A stretch of DNA of 64,000 bases from an uncultured delta proteobacterium (GTDB lineage: Bacteria; Desulfobacterota; Binatia; UBA9968): positions 64,001-128,000 of the forward strand of contig CAVTUQ010000027.1 in NCBI GenBank assembly GCA_963737905.1. The letters run 5' to 3'. Positions 46,656 through 57,173 of this stretch are shown piece after piece (the stretch's first letter is position 1; every line of letters starts with the position of its first letter). The notes under the pieces were generated by a model, which made no database searches, was not told where the DNA came from, and was given only the letters and a program-made list of their open reading frames with translations. The translations under genes were made by a program, and so were the position numbers.

Positions 46656-48473
46656 ATGGCCGAACCGTCTCAGCAAGAAGAGATCCTCGGCAAAGCCTAC
46701 GATATCCGGCTGATCAGGCGGCTGTGGAAGTTTATAGTCCCTTACAAGCGTCTGTTCTGGATAGCGATGCTGCTTTTGCCCCTTCAACAGGCCTTCGGCC
46801 TGGCGCAGCCCTATCTGATGAAGGTCGGCATCGATCAGTATATCGCCGGTCGAGATCTCAAGGGACTCCAAGGTGTGGGGCTACTTTTTCTCGGTGCCGT
46901 GGTGGGGGAGACTGTCGTTTTGTTTTTCCACTATTACCTCTCCATGCTCGTGGCGCAGCGCTGCCTGGCTGATCTGCGCGTCGCCGTCTTCTCCCACGTC
47001 CAGCAGCTCCCGATGAGTTATTTCGATCGCAACCCCGTGGGCCGGCTGGTGACGCGCATGACCACGGACGTCGATGTTTTGCAGGAGATGTTCTCTTCCG
47101 GTGTCATGACCCTGATCTCGGATTTCGTGATGGTGTTTTGGATCATCGGTATCATGTTCTATCTTCACGTGGAGTTGGCTTTGGTTTCCCTGGCACTGAT
47201 CCCGCCGATGGCAGTGGCGATCAATTTCTTTCGGGTCAAGGCGCGCACGACCTATCGCCAAATCCGCGAACGGATCGCGCGGATTAACGCCTATCTGGCG
47301 GAGGCGATCTCGGGCATGGGAGTGATTCAGCTCTTCGCCCGGGAGGAGAAAAGTTATCGCGAGTTCGACAAGCTCAACTCGGACCATCGGGAAGCGTACC
47401 ACCTTTCAAATCTCTATGAAGCGTCGCTCTACTCAATGGTCGAAGCCGCGGGTTCGGTAAGTGTGGCGCTGCTGCTCTGGTACGGCGGCGGGGAGGTTCT
47501 CCACGCCGTTATCGGTATCGGCACGTTGGTTGCCTTCAAAGAGTACATCAACCGTTTTTTTGTGCCGCTGCGTGATTTCAGCCAGAAATATGCGGTGATG
47601 CAGTCCGCGATGTCTTCGGCGGAGCGCATCTTCCAGCTTCTCGATACGCCGGTGACGATCGAGAGTTCCAAGAACGCGCTGATTCCGAAACCGTTCCGCG
47701 GCGAAGTCGTCTTCGACAACGTCTGGTTTTACTACAAACCGGACGATCCGGTGCTCAAAGGCGTGTCGTTCCGAATCGAGCCGGGAGAGAAAGTAGCGGT
47801 GGTCGGGGCCACGGGCGCCGGCAAGACAACCACCATCAAGCTGCTCAACCGCTTCTATGACATCCAAAAGGGCTCCATCAAAGTCAGCGGCGTGGACGTG
47901 CGCGAGTGGGACTTGCAGGCGCTGCGCCAGCACATCGGGGTGGTTTTGCAGGATGTCTTTCTCTTTTCGGGAGACGTGCGTGCCAACCTGTCCCTTGGAG
48001 ACCGCTCGGTTTCGATGGACAGGATTGAAAAGGCGGCCCAATTTGCCAACGCGGATCGTTTTATTCAATGCCTTCCGGGCACGTTTGACGCTCAAGTGCG
48101 GGAGCGCGGCAGCAATTTTTCCGCCGGCCAACGGCAACTGTTGTCGTTGGCGCGAGTGCTGGTATTTCAGCCTGAGATTCTAGTCATGGATGAGGCGACT
48201 TCGAGCGTGGACACGGAAACCGAGCTGCTGATTCAAGACGCTCTGGATAAGGTTATGAAAGATCGGACGTGCCTCGTCATAGCGCATCGTCTTTCGACCA
48301 TTCGCAACGCGGATCGCATTATCGTTTTGCATCACGGCGAAGTCCGGGAGGTGGGTTCACACGCGGAGCTGATGGAGCGCCGGGGCATCTATTATCGTCT
48401 CTATCAGCTTCAGTACGAGCGCGAAGAGTTAAAACTTGCGACCTATGATGCGGCGGCCAAGATCCATGACTGA
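46656..48473 (+). CDS. ABC exporter fused permease/ATPase (MdlB-like)
   Basis: TMD, GATGAGKT, FSAGQRQL, MDEATSSVD. Confidence 0.9.
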   Translation: MAEPSQQEEILGKAYDIRLIRRLWKFIVPYKRLFWIAMLLLPLQQAFGLAQPYLMKVGIDQYIAGRDLKGLQGVGLLFLGAVVGETVVLFFHYYLSMLVAQRCLADLRVAVFSHVQQLPMSYFDRNPVGRLVTRMTTDVDVLQEMFSSGVMTLISDFVMVFWIIGIMFYLHVELALVSLALIPPMAVAINFFRVKARTTYRQIRERIARINAYLAEAISGMGVIQLFAREEKSYREFDKLNSDHREAYHLSNLYEASLYSMVEAAGSVSVALLLWYGGGEVLHAVIGIGTLVAFKEYINRFFVPLRDFSQKYAVMQSAMSSAERIFQLLDTPVTIESSKNALIPKPFRGEVVFDNVWFYYKPDDPVLKGVSFRIEPGEKVAVVGATGAGKTTTIKLLNRFYDIQKGSIKVSGVDVREWDLQALRQHIGVVLQDVFLFSGDVRANLSLGDRSVSMDRIEKAAQFANADRFIQCLPGTFDAQVRERGSNFSAGQRQLLSLARVLVFQPEILVMDEATSSVDTETELLIQDALDKVMKDRTCLVIAHRLSTIRNADRIIVLHHGEVREVGSHAELMERRGIYYRLYQLQYEREELKLATYDAAAKIHD

Positions 48474-49651
48474 TCGAAGCAGAATTTGGCCAAAGTTGAC
48501 CTCATCATACCATCGACTCGAAATAAATCTTCATAAGATTCTGTGGCTTATAGCTATGCTCGGCGTTTTGGGTTCCGTGATTTCAGGCTGTTCTCCGTTT
48601 TACGTCATCCGCGCCGCCTATGAAGAAGGGAAAATTCTATGGCGGCGGGAACCTATCCCCGAGTACCTCGAAAAGCCGGAGCTGGCGGCGGATACTCAGG
48701 ACAAGTTGAAGCTGGTCTTGGCTGTTCGTGAGTACGCGCGGGATGTTCTCAAGCTCAATGTCGGTGGCAGCTATTCCAGCTATTCCTATGTCGATCGCCC
48801 GGACCTGACTTATATTCTTACCGCAGCGCCGCGGACTGAACTGCGGCCCTACACGTGGTGGTTCCTGATCATCGGTCGCGTTCCTTACAAAGGATACTTT
48901 TCCAAGGAGGACGCTGCTGCCGCAGCCAAAGAGCTTGAAGACGCTGGCTACGATACCAACATACGAACGTCCGCCGCCTTCAGTACGCTCGGATGGTTCG
49001 ATGACCCGCTGCTCTCCCACCTGTTGCGCTACGACAAAGTTACCTTGGCGGAAGTCGTCTTTCATGAGCTGTTTCACAACACGTTGTACGTCAAGGGCGC
49101 CGGCGCGTTTAATGAAAGCGTCGCGAATTTCGTCGGCGGGCGCTCGGCCATCGATTTTTTCCGCGACCGCTTTGGCGCGGAGAGCCCAGAACACAAACGA
49201 GCCATCCGCGCCTGGGAGGAAGAGCTGGAGTTTTCGGCATTTATCGCAAAGCTTGCCGCATCCCTCGACGAGCTCTATGCGAAGGACATTCCCGAGGAAG
49301 ACAAGCTTCGTCTTCGTCAAGGAGTTTTCGCTCGCGCCAAAGAGGAATGGTCGGAATGGATCGCCAACCATCCGACACATCGGTTCCGACATTTTGCTGC
49401 AACAGCCGCTCAACAATGCTGTGATTATTCAATCCATGCTCTACCTTAAGGATCTTAAATTGTTCGAGGCGCTGTACGAGGCGGAAGGCAAAAATCTCGT
49501 TCAAACCATCGATTCGATTCGCGAGGCCGTGGCGAAAGGCGGTGAACCGTTTGAGGCGGTTCAGAGCCTGCTTAACAACCGCGTTCCTCGCGCGGAAGAG
49601 TTTAAGGTTCAATGTTCAAGGTTCAACGTACGAGACCGCTTGTCTCGTTGA
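48466..49651 (+). CDS. Putative Zn aminopeptidase lipoprotein (DUF2265-like), frameshift near 49395
   Basis: ISGC lipobox, VPYKGYF, STLGWFDDP, FHELFH, FNES; PLNNA continues in a second frame. Confidence 0.82.
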
Positions 49652-49675
49652 ACTTTGAACCTTGAACTTTGAACT
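49600..49675. repeat. Palindrome of GTTCAAN heptamer tandems (copy 2)
   Basis: GTTTAAG GTTCAAT GTTCAAG GTTCAAC - inner stem ACGAGAC/GTCTCGT - TTGAACT TTGAACC TTGAACT TTGAACT. Confidence 0.88.
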
Positions 49676-49676
49676 T

Positions 49677-50552
49677 CTATATCAGTGCGCCGCCTGTCGC
49701 CTCTTTGAAACGCCGGATGGCATCGATGTGGTCCGCAGGAGTTTTAAGCCCCGCTTTCATCGTGTTGACGGTCAAGTGAGTCGCCCCGAGTTTTTTCCAC
49801 TGGGCGATCTCCTTGACCCACGTCTCGGCCGGTCCTTGGCTAATGGAAAGTCGTCCTTCAATGCCTATGCTCTTGGGATCGCGTCCCGCTTCCCGCGCGT
49901 ACGAATGAACCTTTCCGATCGCTTCCCGGCACGTTTCGTCAGGCCTCAGCTGCGGAAACCACCCGTCGCCGAGCCGGGCCAGACGGCGCAATGCACGATC
50001 GTCGGTCCCGCCGAACCAGATTGGAATGGGCTGCTGAATCGGCAACGGGTTCAAACCTGCGTCGGTGATTTTGTGCCACTCGCCTTCAAAGCTGACGAGC
50101 TCTTGAGTCCAGAGCTTGCGCATGACTTCAACTTGTTCTTCGGAACGCCGGCCGCGATTTTTGAAGTTCTCGCCGAGCGCTTCATATTCGACCGGATTCC
50201 AGCCGATGCCGATTCCCAACCGCAGACGGCCGCCGCTTAAAACATCCAAAGCTGCGGCCTGTTTTGCCACCAGCACAGTTTGCCTCTGCGGCAGGATGAT
50301 CACACCGGTGACCAGCTCAATTGTTCTGGTAAGGCCGGCCAGATACCCAAAAAGGACGAGTGGCTCATGGAACATGCTCTGGTGCGTATATGGGGGTCGC
50401 CAGCCGGGACGGCTCTCAAGGTTGGCGCCGATCACATGGTCGTAGGCGAGAATGTGTTGATAGCCCAACTGTTCGGCCGCTTGCGCGAAATCTCGAATCA
50501 CTATTGGGTCAGCGCCGATTTCGGTCTGGGGGAAAACGACTCCAAAACGCAT
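49677..50552 (-). CDS. LLM-class, probably F420-dependent oxidoreductase
   Basis: AQAAEQLGY, DHV, ILPQR, AALDVLSGGRLRLGIGIGWN, PIWFGG. Confidence 0.88.
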   Translation of the reverse strand: MRFGVVFPQTEIGADPIVIRDFAQAAEQLGYQHILAYDHVIGANLESRPGWRPPYTHQSMFHEPLVLFGYLAGLTRTIELVTGVIILPQRQTVLVAKQAAALDVLSGGRLRLGIGIGWNPVEYEALGENFKNRGRRSEEQVEVMRKLWTQELVSFEGEWHKITDAGLNPLPIQQPIPIWFGGTDDRALRRLARLGDGWFPQLRPDETCREAIGKVHSYAREAGRDPKSIGIEGRLSISQGPAETWVKEIAQWKKLGATHLTVNTMKAGLKTPADHIDAIRRFKEATGGALI

Positions 50553-50703
50553 ATTTCACTCCTTGTTTTTGCCCTGAAAAACTCTCTAGCTTGACCCTTG
50601 ATTTTTGTAAAGAGCGTACGCAAATTCTATCCGTCGTATTCGCAAAAGGCGAACTTGACTTCGCTCTTTTAAACCGTAGGATACGACTAAAGGGGGATAG
50701 TGT

Positions 50704-51585
50704 ATGAATGCTGTTCGTACCACGATCCTATTAGCTGTTCTCACCGCTCTGCTGGTCTGGATCGGCGACATGCTCGGCGGCCGTCAAGGCGCCATCATAG
50801 CGTTGCTTCTGGCAGGAGGGATGAATTTCTTCAGTTATTGGTTCAGCGACAAGATCGTCATCAAGATGTACGGCGGTCAAGAGGTAAGCGCGCAGGATGA
50901 TCCCGAACTCTATGGATTGGTTCAGGATTTGACGCAGCGGGCCGGACTGCCGATGCCCAAAGTTTACGTTCTGCCTCAGGATACACCCAATGCCTTTGCG
51001 ACGGGGCGTAATCCGGAGCATGCGGCGGTTGCGGTCACCGACGGAATCCGCCGGATCCTCAACAAAAGGGAACTTGCTGGCGTCTTGGGTCACGAATTAT
51101 CGCACGTGAAGCACCGCGATATTCTTGTGAGCACCATCGCGGCGACCCTGGCGGGCGCGATCGGCTATCTGGCGCAAATGGCGCAGTGGGCGATGATCTT
51201 CGGCGGCAGTCGCGACCGCGACGAAGAGGGCGGCAGCAACATTTTTGGGCTTATCATCATGATGATCGTCGCGCCGATTGCGGCTATGCTGATTCAAATG
51301 GCTGTGTCTCGCTCTAGGGAATATGGGGCCGACGAGGGCGGCGCAAAGGTGACCGGGGACCCCTTGGCGCTGGCCAGCGCACTAAAGAAACTCCACATGG
51401 GCGCCCAGAGCATTCCGCTAGAAGCAAGCAACGCCACAGCCAATGCGACGGCGCATATGTTCATCGTCAATCCACTTACCGGCCGCGGCTTGGCGTCGCT
51501 GTTCAGCACCCATCCGCCCATGGAAGAACGGATCGCGCGCTTGGAGGCAATGGCAGGAAAAATGGGCTATGCCCGCGCGTCCTAA
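50704..51585 (+). CDS. htpX: Zinc metalloprotease HtpX
   Basis: [16 protein letters not shown] (HExxH), [15 protein letters not shown]. Confidence 0.95.
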   Translation: MNAVRTTILLAVLTALLVWIGDMLGGRQGAIIALLLAGGMNFFSYWFSDKIVIKMYGGQEVSAQDDPELYGLVQDLTQRAGLPMPKVYVLPQDTPNAFATGRNPEHAAVAVTDGIRRILNKRELAGVLGHELSHVKHRDILVSTIAATLAGAIGYLAQMAQWAMIFGGSRDRDEEGGSNIFGLIIMMIVAPIAAMLIQMAVSRSREYGADEGGAKVTGDPLALASALKKLHMGAQSIPLEASNATANATAHMFIVNPLTGRGLASLFSTHPPMEERIARLEAMAGKMGYARAS

Positions 51586-51591
51586 AAGCAA

Positions 51592-52257
51592 CTAAGCAAC
51601 CATAATCGGCGACAGTAGTTTCTCTTCCAACCACGCCGAGAGGTCGTTGAGACTTCTCGGCGAGATCTCATGTCCCATCTCATAGTCGCGGTAAGTGAGC
51701 GGCACGCGCAGAGCGCGGAGTTTTTCCACCGAGTCCCGCGCCCGCTGTACCTCAATCAGTGGGTCCTGCGTTCCATGGTGTACCAGTGTCGGTAGCGATT
51801 GAACACCTTCTTTGATGGAAAGCAGTGGAACGAGTTCATTGGGCAGCCAAGAGCTCAGGACCACTAGGCCGGCAAAACGCTCTGGGTTTGACAGGGCGAG
51901 GCTGTAGGCCATCACCCCGCCTTGACTGAAGCCCAGGACCACAAGTTTCTTGGCATCGATGGGATGGCGTTTCAGGCACGCATCAAGGAATTGTTGCAGC
52001 TTCTCTCTCGATGAGAGGATGGCGCCGACATCCGGCGGGCCGCCCATGCTCATGGGATACCAGGCGTAGCCGACTGCTCCCGGGCCGATGGGAGTTTCCA
52101 ACGGTCCCTGCGGGCAGATCATCAGGAATTTGCCGTTGCAAAGATAGGGAGCAAGTCCCAGCAAATCGAGGGCGTTGGCGCCCCGACCGTGCAACGTCAG
52201 TATCGTCGGGTGCGGCCCAGGTCCGATGGGTTCATAGATGGTATGGATTAAATTCAC
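51592..52257 (-). CDS. Phospholipase/carboxylesterase (alpha/beta hydrolase)
   Basis: LHGRG, GFSQG nucleophile motif, HGTQDP, MGH. Confidence 0.88.
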   Translation of the reverse strand: MNLIHTIYEPIGPGPHPTILTLHGRGANALDLLGLAPYLCNGKFLMICPQGPLETPIGPGAVGYAWYPMSMGGPPDVGAILSSREKLQQFLDACLKRHPIDAKKLVVLGFSQGGVMAYSLALSNPERFAGLVVLSSWLPNELVPLLSIKEGVQSLPTLVHHGTQDPLIEVQRARDSVEKLRALRVPLTYRDYEMGHEISPRSLNDLSAWLEEKLLSPIMVA

Positions 52258-52362
52258 GCGTGATCTCCTTCATTATGGTTTATTTAGCAACGAAGAAAAT
52301 CCGAACCTATAGACGGAATAAACCTCATCGGAGTGGGCTCGAAGCTAATCCGCGCTGACTGT

Positions 52363-54138
52363 TCAGTCCGGATAAGCTGAGTTCTTCCATACCATTGAAC
52401 ACTGTAGAACTTTGAACCCATTCCCCGAACAGCTCGCTTCCACCTTTACATCTTTAAGCCGCTCCAAGCTTTTCAGTCCGAGTCTGATGGGTATGACGAC
52501 AGCGGCCAAAGTCAGAGCTAGCACGCCAAGGAGAGATGGCGCAATAACCCATAACTCCGGCACAGTCGATCGACCGGGACTCAATCCTCGCATCGCGAGA
52601 AGGTAGATGGGCCAGGCTTCGATCATTACAGCAGCGCCGATAAAGGCGATGCTAACGATCATACAGATGGCTCCGCCGAAGCTGGTCGGTATTTCCGCCG
52701 CATGGTCGAAGGTGAATTTTGGATAAAGCGCACCCACGCCGACGCAAATGGCCGCGATCCCGAACGTCATCAGGAAAACGGTCGCCAGGGAAAGGATCAT
52801 CATCCACGAGGGAACCCGCAACAGCAGGTTGCTCAGAAACACGAGCAGTTCTCCGAGAATCAACAACGGAATGAGATTGAGCCAGAGTTTGCTCCAGAGC
52901 AAGGTGCGGAGCGAGATCGGCGCGGTTTGCAGGATCCAGAAAGCCTTTCCTTCGAGACTGACGGCGGGAAAGGCGAAGCGCATGGCAACCGCACTCAACA
53001 CGAAACCGGCCAAGCCCAAGTTCGCAAAGGAGACCACGGTTTTCAGGGTCGCGGTCGGCAGCGGAGAGCGATCCAGGGGAAGAACCTTGAAGTTATAGAG
53101 ATAGACGACAATCAAGGCGAGGAGCAAGAAAAGCTGTGACCATTGGGTGCTGTCACGGAGAAAGGTTTTGATGTCCTTCACCATCACTGCCCCGAGCACA
53201 GACGGAAAAGGACGCATAAGCCAATTCAACCCTCTTTCGAAAATCGGGTATGTGCGGCGTCCTTGCTTCGATTCCTGGGCCTTGGACCAGCCGGTTAAAT
53301 AGACGGCGCCCGAGACCCAAGAGGTGACCAGCGGGAAAAACAGCGCGTAGCTCGCCAGGAGAGCGTAAAAGAAGCCCTGATCCGTGGGTTTTTTAAAGAG
53401 AGGGGCGGCGAGAACTTCGGCTGACCAGCTGCTGGGCAGAAACGGGGACGCCGGTGTTTCCATGGCGGAAAGAAACTGCAGGAAGTGGCCGAAGCTTTCG
53501 GGTTGAACCAATCGCTCCGGTTGGGAGAAGCGGAACAGAAAGTAGATGATGATAAATGAAAACAGACCGATGAAGAAAAGGATATCACGGATTCGCTTCG
53601 CCGGAAGGCAATACACGAGCAAATGCGTGATTAGTACGCCGACAGACGCAGGAATGATCAAGAAAAGGGGCAGTACGACCATTACCCAAAGAGAGAACAG
53701 AATTCCGCTGCCAAAGACCGTGCCGTAGGCTGCAAAGATAGGCAAACTAAAGAAAAGCACCATCCAGGAAGAATTCAAAGTCGTGGCGATCAAACGCGAG
53801 TAGAAGAAGGGACCGGTTTGAACCGGGGTGGATCGGACGAGATCCAAATCGCGCGCGAGAAAGAAGGTCGACAGCGCCGTGATGAGGTTGCTGAAAAGCA
53901 GCATGGATAGAAAAGTCAGCAGGATGATCAACAAAAGTTGATAGGCCAAGCTTGGTCCCAGATCGTAAACCGATTGAAAGTAGAGCAACACGCGACGCAC
54001 GACATAATAGATGCCGTACCAAAAGGCCGTGGCCAGGGCGACGAGCAACCAGCGGCGACTCCAAGCCGCGTTCCCGCGGAAGAACCCATTCTTCCAAGAA
54101 AGCCACATTGGGGAAAGGAGGATGGCGATCGAGCTCAT
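52363..54138 (-). CDS. ABC-2 type exporter membrane subunit (putative)
   Basis: About 14 TM segments, KDIKTFLRD, SLEGKAFWIL, co-transcribed with an ABC ATPase. Confidence 0.8.
   Translation of the reverse strand: MSSIAILLSPMWLSWKNGFFRGNAAWSRRWLLVALATAFWYGIYYVVRRVLLYFQSVYDLGPSLAYQLLLIILLTFLSMLLFSNLITALSTFFLARDLDLVRSTPVQTGPFFYSRLIATTLNSSWMVLFFSLPIFAAYGTVFGSGILFSLWVMVVLPLFLIIPASVGVLITHLLVYCLPAKRIRDILFFIGLFSFIIIYFLFRFSQPERLVQPESFGHFLQFLSAMETPASPFLPSSWSAEVLAAPLFKKPTDQGFFYALLASYALFFPLVTSWVSGAVYLTGWSKAQESKQGRRTYPIFERGLNWLMRPFPSVLGAVMVKDIKTFLRDSTQWSQLFLLLALIVVYLYNFKVLPLDRSPLPTATLKTVVSFANLGLAGFVLSAVAMRFAFPAVSLEGKAFWILQTAPISLRTLLWSKLWLNLIPLLILGELLVFLSNLLLRVPSWMMILSLATVFLMTFGIAAICVGVGALYPKFTFDHAAEIPTSFGGAICMIVSIAFIGAAVMIEAWPIYLLAMRGLSPGRSTVPELWVIAPSLLGVLALTLAAVVIPIRLGLKSLERLKDVKVEASCSGNGFKVLQCSMVWKNSAYPD
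52393..52418. repeat. Degenerate half copy of the GTTCAAN element
   Basis: CATTGAAC ACTG TAGAACT TTGAACC inside the permease 3' tail. Confidence 0.45.
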
Positions 54139-54144
54139 GATCGG

Positions 54145-54894
54145 CTATTCGGACGGAACCTCGTCTGCCGCGTTGTCTTGGGTCAATTCGAGAAAGACGC
54201 TTTCCAAGTTTCCTTGTTTGGTTTGGGCCTGGGCGTATAAATCCGCCATCGTGCCGCAGGCGATGAGCCGGCCTCTTTGAATGATGCCGATTCTATGGCA
54301 AACCTCCTCGGCGATGCCGATGCTGTGGGTCGAGAGAAATACCGTCGTGCCCTGCTGAGAGAGAGAACGAAAGAGATCTTTCAACTTGCGCGCCCCTTTG
54401 GGATCCATGCCCACCATGGGTTCGTCCACTACCAGTATCCGTGGCTCGTGTATCAGCGACGCGCAGACGACGAGCCGTTGCTTCATGCCGTGAGAGTAGC
54501 TCTCCACCAGTTCGTCCTTCCAGCGGACCAGCTCGAAGTGCTCCAGCAGTTCGAGAATACGCCGTTCAAGATGGACGGAATCGACGCGATGGAGCTTCCC
54601 GACGAACTCCAGGAATTCGAGCCCGCTCAGCTTCTCATAAATGAAAGGGCGGTCCGGGATGAAACCGGAGATTGCTTTGGCTGCTTGCGGTTGCCGTTCC
54701 ACGTCGTAGCCGCCCAGGAAAACCTGGCCGGCGGTGGGCTTGAGTATCCCCATCATGACGCGAATGGTCGTCGTCTTACCCGCGCCATTGGGTCCGAGAA
54801 AGCCAAAGATTTCGCCCGCTTGAACTTCCAAACTCAGCGAATCCACGGCCGCGAGTCGGTCGTAGTGTTTGGCGAGGTTCACCAGTTTGATCAT
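54145..54894 (-). CDS. ABC-2 type ATP-binding protein
   Basis: GPNGAGKTT, YSHGMKQR, VDEP. Confidence 0.92.
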   Translation of the reverse strand: MIKLVNLAKHYDRLAAVDSLSLEVQAGEIFGFLGPNGAGKTTTIRVMMGILKPTAGQVFLGGYDVERQPQAAKAISGFIPDRPFIYEKLSGLEFLEFVGKLHRVDSVHLERRILELLEHFELVRWKDELVESYSHGMKQRLVVCASLIHEPRILVVDEPMVGMDPKGARKLKDLFRSLSQQGTTVFLSTHSIGIAEEVCHRIGIIQRGRLIACGTMADLYAQAQTKQGNLESVFLELTQDNAADEVPSE

Positions 54895-54896
54895 GT

Positions 54897-56363
54897 TTAC
54901 GAGGCCTCGATGACCGAGATTTTCAAGTTGCCGATGAGCTGCAGGATATCTATTTGCCGATCGATCTCGCCTTCGAGAAACTTGATGTGAGTGGCATCTG
55001 CAGGAAACTGATTCAGCACGGAATCAACGGATATCCATTCGCCGATCCAGACTTCGGACCAGGCATGATAGTAAAAGGCACCGCGCAGATAGACCACGCC
55101 GACCACGGTCTTCGCGGGAATTCCAGCCGCCCTGGCAAGAGCGTTGAAGAGAACCGTGTGTTCATTGCAGTCGCCTTTCTTCATTTGCAGGACTTCCAAC
55201 GCATTGGGAATACTGACCGTGGGCTCTTTGGCGATTTCTTTGTAGACCCAATTTTTGATTCTGAGCGCCGCTTTGCGCGCATTCTTTTCTCCCCGAACAA
55301 TCTCCGCCGCCAGTCGCCGAATCTTTGGGTGGTCGCTTTGCAAAAACACAGTCGGTTGGATGAAAGGATCCAGCAGCCTTTGCCGCACCGGCAGTTCGAC
55401 GACGGCCAGGTGGGTAATGTCTTCACGCCTGATCTCCAACTGATCTTGGTTCAGTTTCTGGCGGCCGATGTTCATGAGTGGAAAGTTTGAGAGGTGGATC
55501 CCGCTGAGCTTCAATCTGATCCGATTCTTCCTTTCGGGAGAAGGGATAGGCCTATCCGGTGTGATGGATGTCTGAGTGATCAGATCAAGAGAAACCGACT
55601 TCGTAGAAGAAAGACTCTGAGCCTCCAGAGGGCTCTGTCGTACCAAAGAAAAACCCGCCGGGGTTTCCTCCTTTAGGGTTCTGCCCGCGCCGTCGAGCCA
55701 CGAGATGACGGAGATACCGTTGAAACGTTGACGAATCCGCATGGCTGGTTCGATTCGTTCGCCGATGCGAACCTGTTCCCGCCCCTCGATCACTACCGTC
55801 GTCACTTGTTGGGAAAGCGTGGCTGGATCGAAAGTGGAAAAATGATGTTCCTTTCCCGGTTCCAGCTGCTGCGTTGCAACGTAGGGTTTGAGGGCGGCCA
55901 GAAGGTAAGGCGGTTGGGTGAGCGCGACTTCCCGTGTCGTAATGTGGCCGCCGGATTCCACTGTTAGAATGAGTTTCCCCGGCGCCACGCGGCCGCGGGC
56001 GTGGAATTTAACGTCATTCGCTTGCAGCAGAAAGTTGAATTTTTCGAGTGTCCACTCCTCGTCCACATCCATATCCAGATCGGTTGTCGCGTTCTGGGTC
56101 GTGCCCAAGAGCTGCAATCGCAATAACGAACGGTCCTGGATCTGATATCCGTTGGTTTTGGGTGTGATGGTCTGGGTGGCGTGACCGATTTTCTCGCCGT
56201 GGTAGAAGACGCCCCACGATTCCTGTATTCGTTCGGTGAGGGTTTCCGTACCGCGGAGCGTGATGGGTGGAGGCGGGGCCAAAAGCTGGCGCTTGAGTAG
56301 CAAAACATTCATCAAGCACCAGAAAAGCACGATGGCGACGCCAATGGAGCGCTTAACAAGCAT
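54897..56363 (-). CDS. Membrane-anchored transglutaminase-like domain protein
   Basis: N-terminal TM; catalytic triad GDCNEH (Cys), YHAWSEV (His), WISVD (Asp). Confidence 0.88.
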   Translation of the reverse strand: MLVKRSIGVAIVLFWCLMNVLLLKRQLLAPPPPITLRGTETLTERIQESWGVFYHGEKIGHATQTITPKTNGYQIQDRSLLRLQLLGTTQNATTDLDMDVDEEWTLEKFNFLLQANDVKFHARGRVAPGKLILTVESGGHITTREVALTQPPYLLAALKPYVATQQLEPGKEHHFSTFDPATLSQQVTTVVIEGREQVRIGERIEPAMRIRQRFNGISVISWLDGAGRTLKEETPAGFSLVRQSPLEAQSLSSTKSVSLDLITQTSITPDRPIPSPERKNRIRLKLSGIHLSNFPLMNIGRQKLNQDQLEIRREDITHLAVVELPVRQRLLDPFIQPTVFLQSDHPKIRRLAAEIVRGEKNARKAALRIKNWVYKEIAKEPTVSIPNALEVLQMKKGDCNEHTVLFNALARAAGIPAKTVVGVVYLRGAFYYHAWSEVWIGEWISVDSVLNQFPADATHIKFLEGEIDRQIDILQLIGNLKISVIEAS

Positions 56364-56404
56364 GCTGTGACCCATTATGCTAAATGCAAAGAGCCACCAA
56401 TTCA

Positions 56405-56899
56405 ATGTCAAAAATGCGATCGACCGCGGAAGCGTCCGCTGCAGAGACAAAATTCGCCGTGGACAGGATGCTCGGGAAGCTGGCTAAATGGCTGCGTGTT
56501 ATAGGTTACGATGTAATTTATGGTCAGCATTTGTCCGGCTATGGTCTCATTCGCGCCGCACGCGCTGAGAATCGCTTGATTCTCACCAGAGATCGCGGAC
56601 TCCAAAAAAAACAACCGCCGGATTTCCTTTTCATTGAGAGCAACCATTACCGCGAGCAGGTACGCCAGGTGATGCGAGCCTGCGGCCTCAGACCCTTGGA
56701 CCGTGCCTTTACGCGTTGTCTCGAATGCAACATCGTCCTTGAGCCTCGGTCGAAAGCAGCCGTCGAAAACACCGTTCCACCCTACGTCTTCGCGACGCAG
56801 AAGAATTTTTCCTGGTGTCCGAAATGCCGCCGGATTTACTGGCCCGCAACCCACCATCAAAGCATGCTGGAAGAGCTGAAGAATCTTGAGTCTGGTTAA
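56405..56899 (+). CDS. Mut7-C RNase (PIN-like + Zn ribbon) protein
   Basis: DRMLGKLAKWLRVIGYD, ILTRD, RCLECN, CPKCRRIYW.ATH. Confidence 0.9.
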   Translation: MSKMRSTAEASAAETKFAVDRMLGKLAKWLRVIGYDVIYGQHLSGYGLIRAARAENRLILTRDRGLQKKQPPDFLFIESNHYREQVRQVMRACGLRPLDRAFTRCLECNIVLEPRSKAAVENTVPPYVFATQKNFSWCPKCRRIYWPATHHQSMLEELKNLESG

Positions 56900-57097
56900 G
56901 GCTGTCGGCCCATAGCGTCCTCTCGGCAGGTTCTCGCCTCCAGTCAGTTGCAGAACCTAGAATTCGGCTGGCTCGTGTGCTAGATAAGAAAGACGTTTCT
57001 TCCACCGCAACCCTTATAAAATCGCGATGACCCGTGGGCGTGGAGCCTGTAAAAGGTTAAAATAAGAGCCTAGCAGGTAGCTTAAGACAAAGTTCCT

Positions 57098-57173
57098 TCC
57101 CCGGTAGCTCAGTCGGTAGAGCAGTTGGCTGTTAACCAATTGGTCGGGGGTTCGAGTCCCTCCCGGGGAGCCA
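57098..57173 (+). tRNA. tRNA-Asn (GTT)
   Basis: 76 nt, acceptor TCCCCGG/CCGGGGA, D-arm AGCTCAGTCGGTAGAGC, anticodon GTT 57131-57133, GTTCGAGTC T-loop, encoded CCA. Confidence 0.98.

Noticed and set aside
56405-56899. Mut7-C RNase as part of the defence islet
   Set aside because: It lies outside the att repeats, has host-like composition and is a common chromosomal gene.
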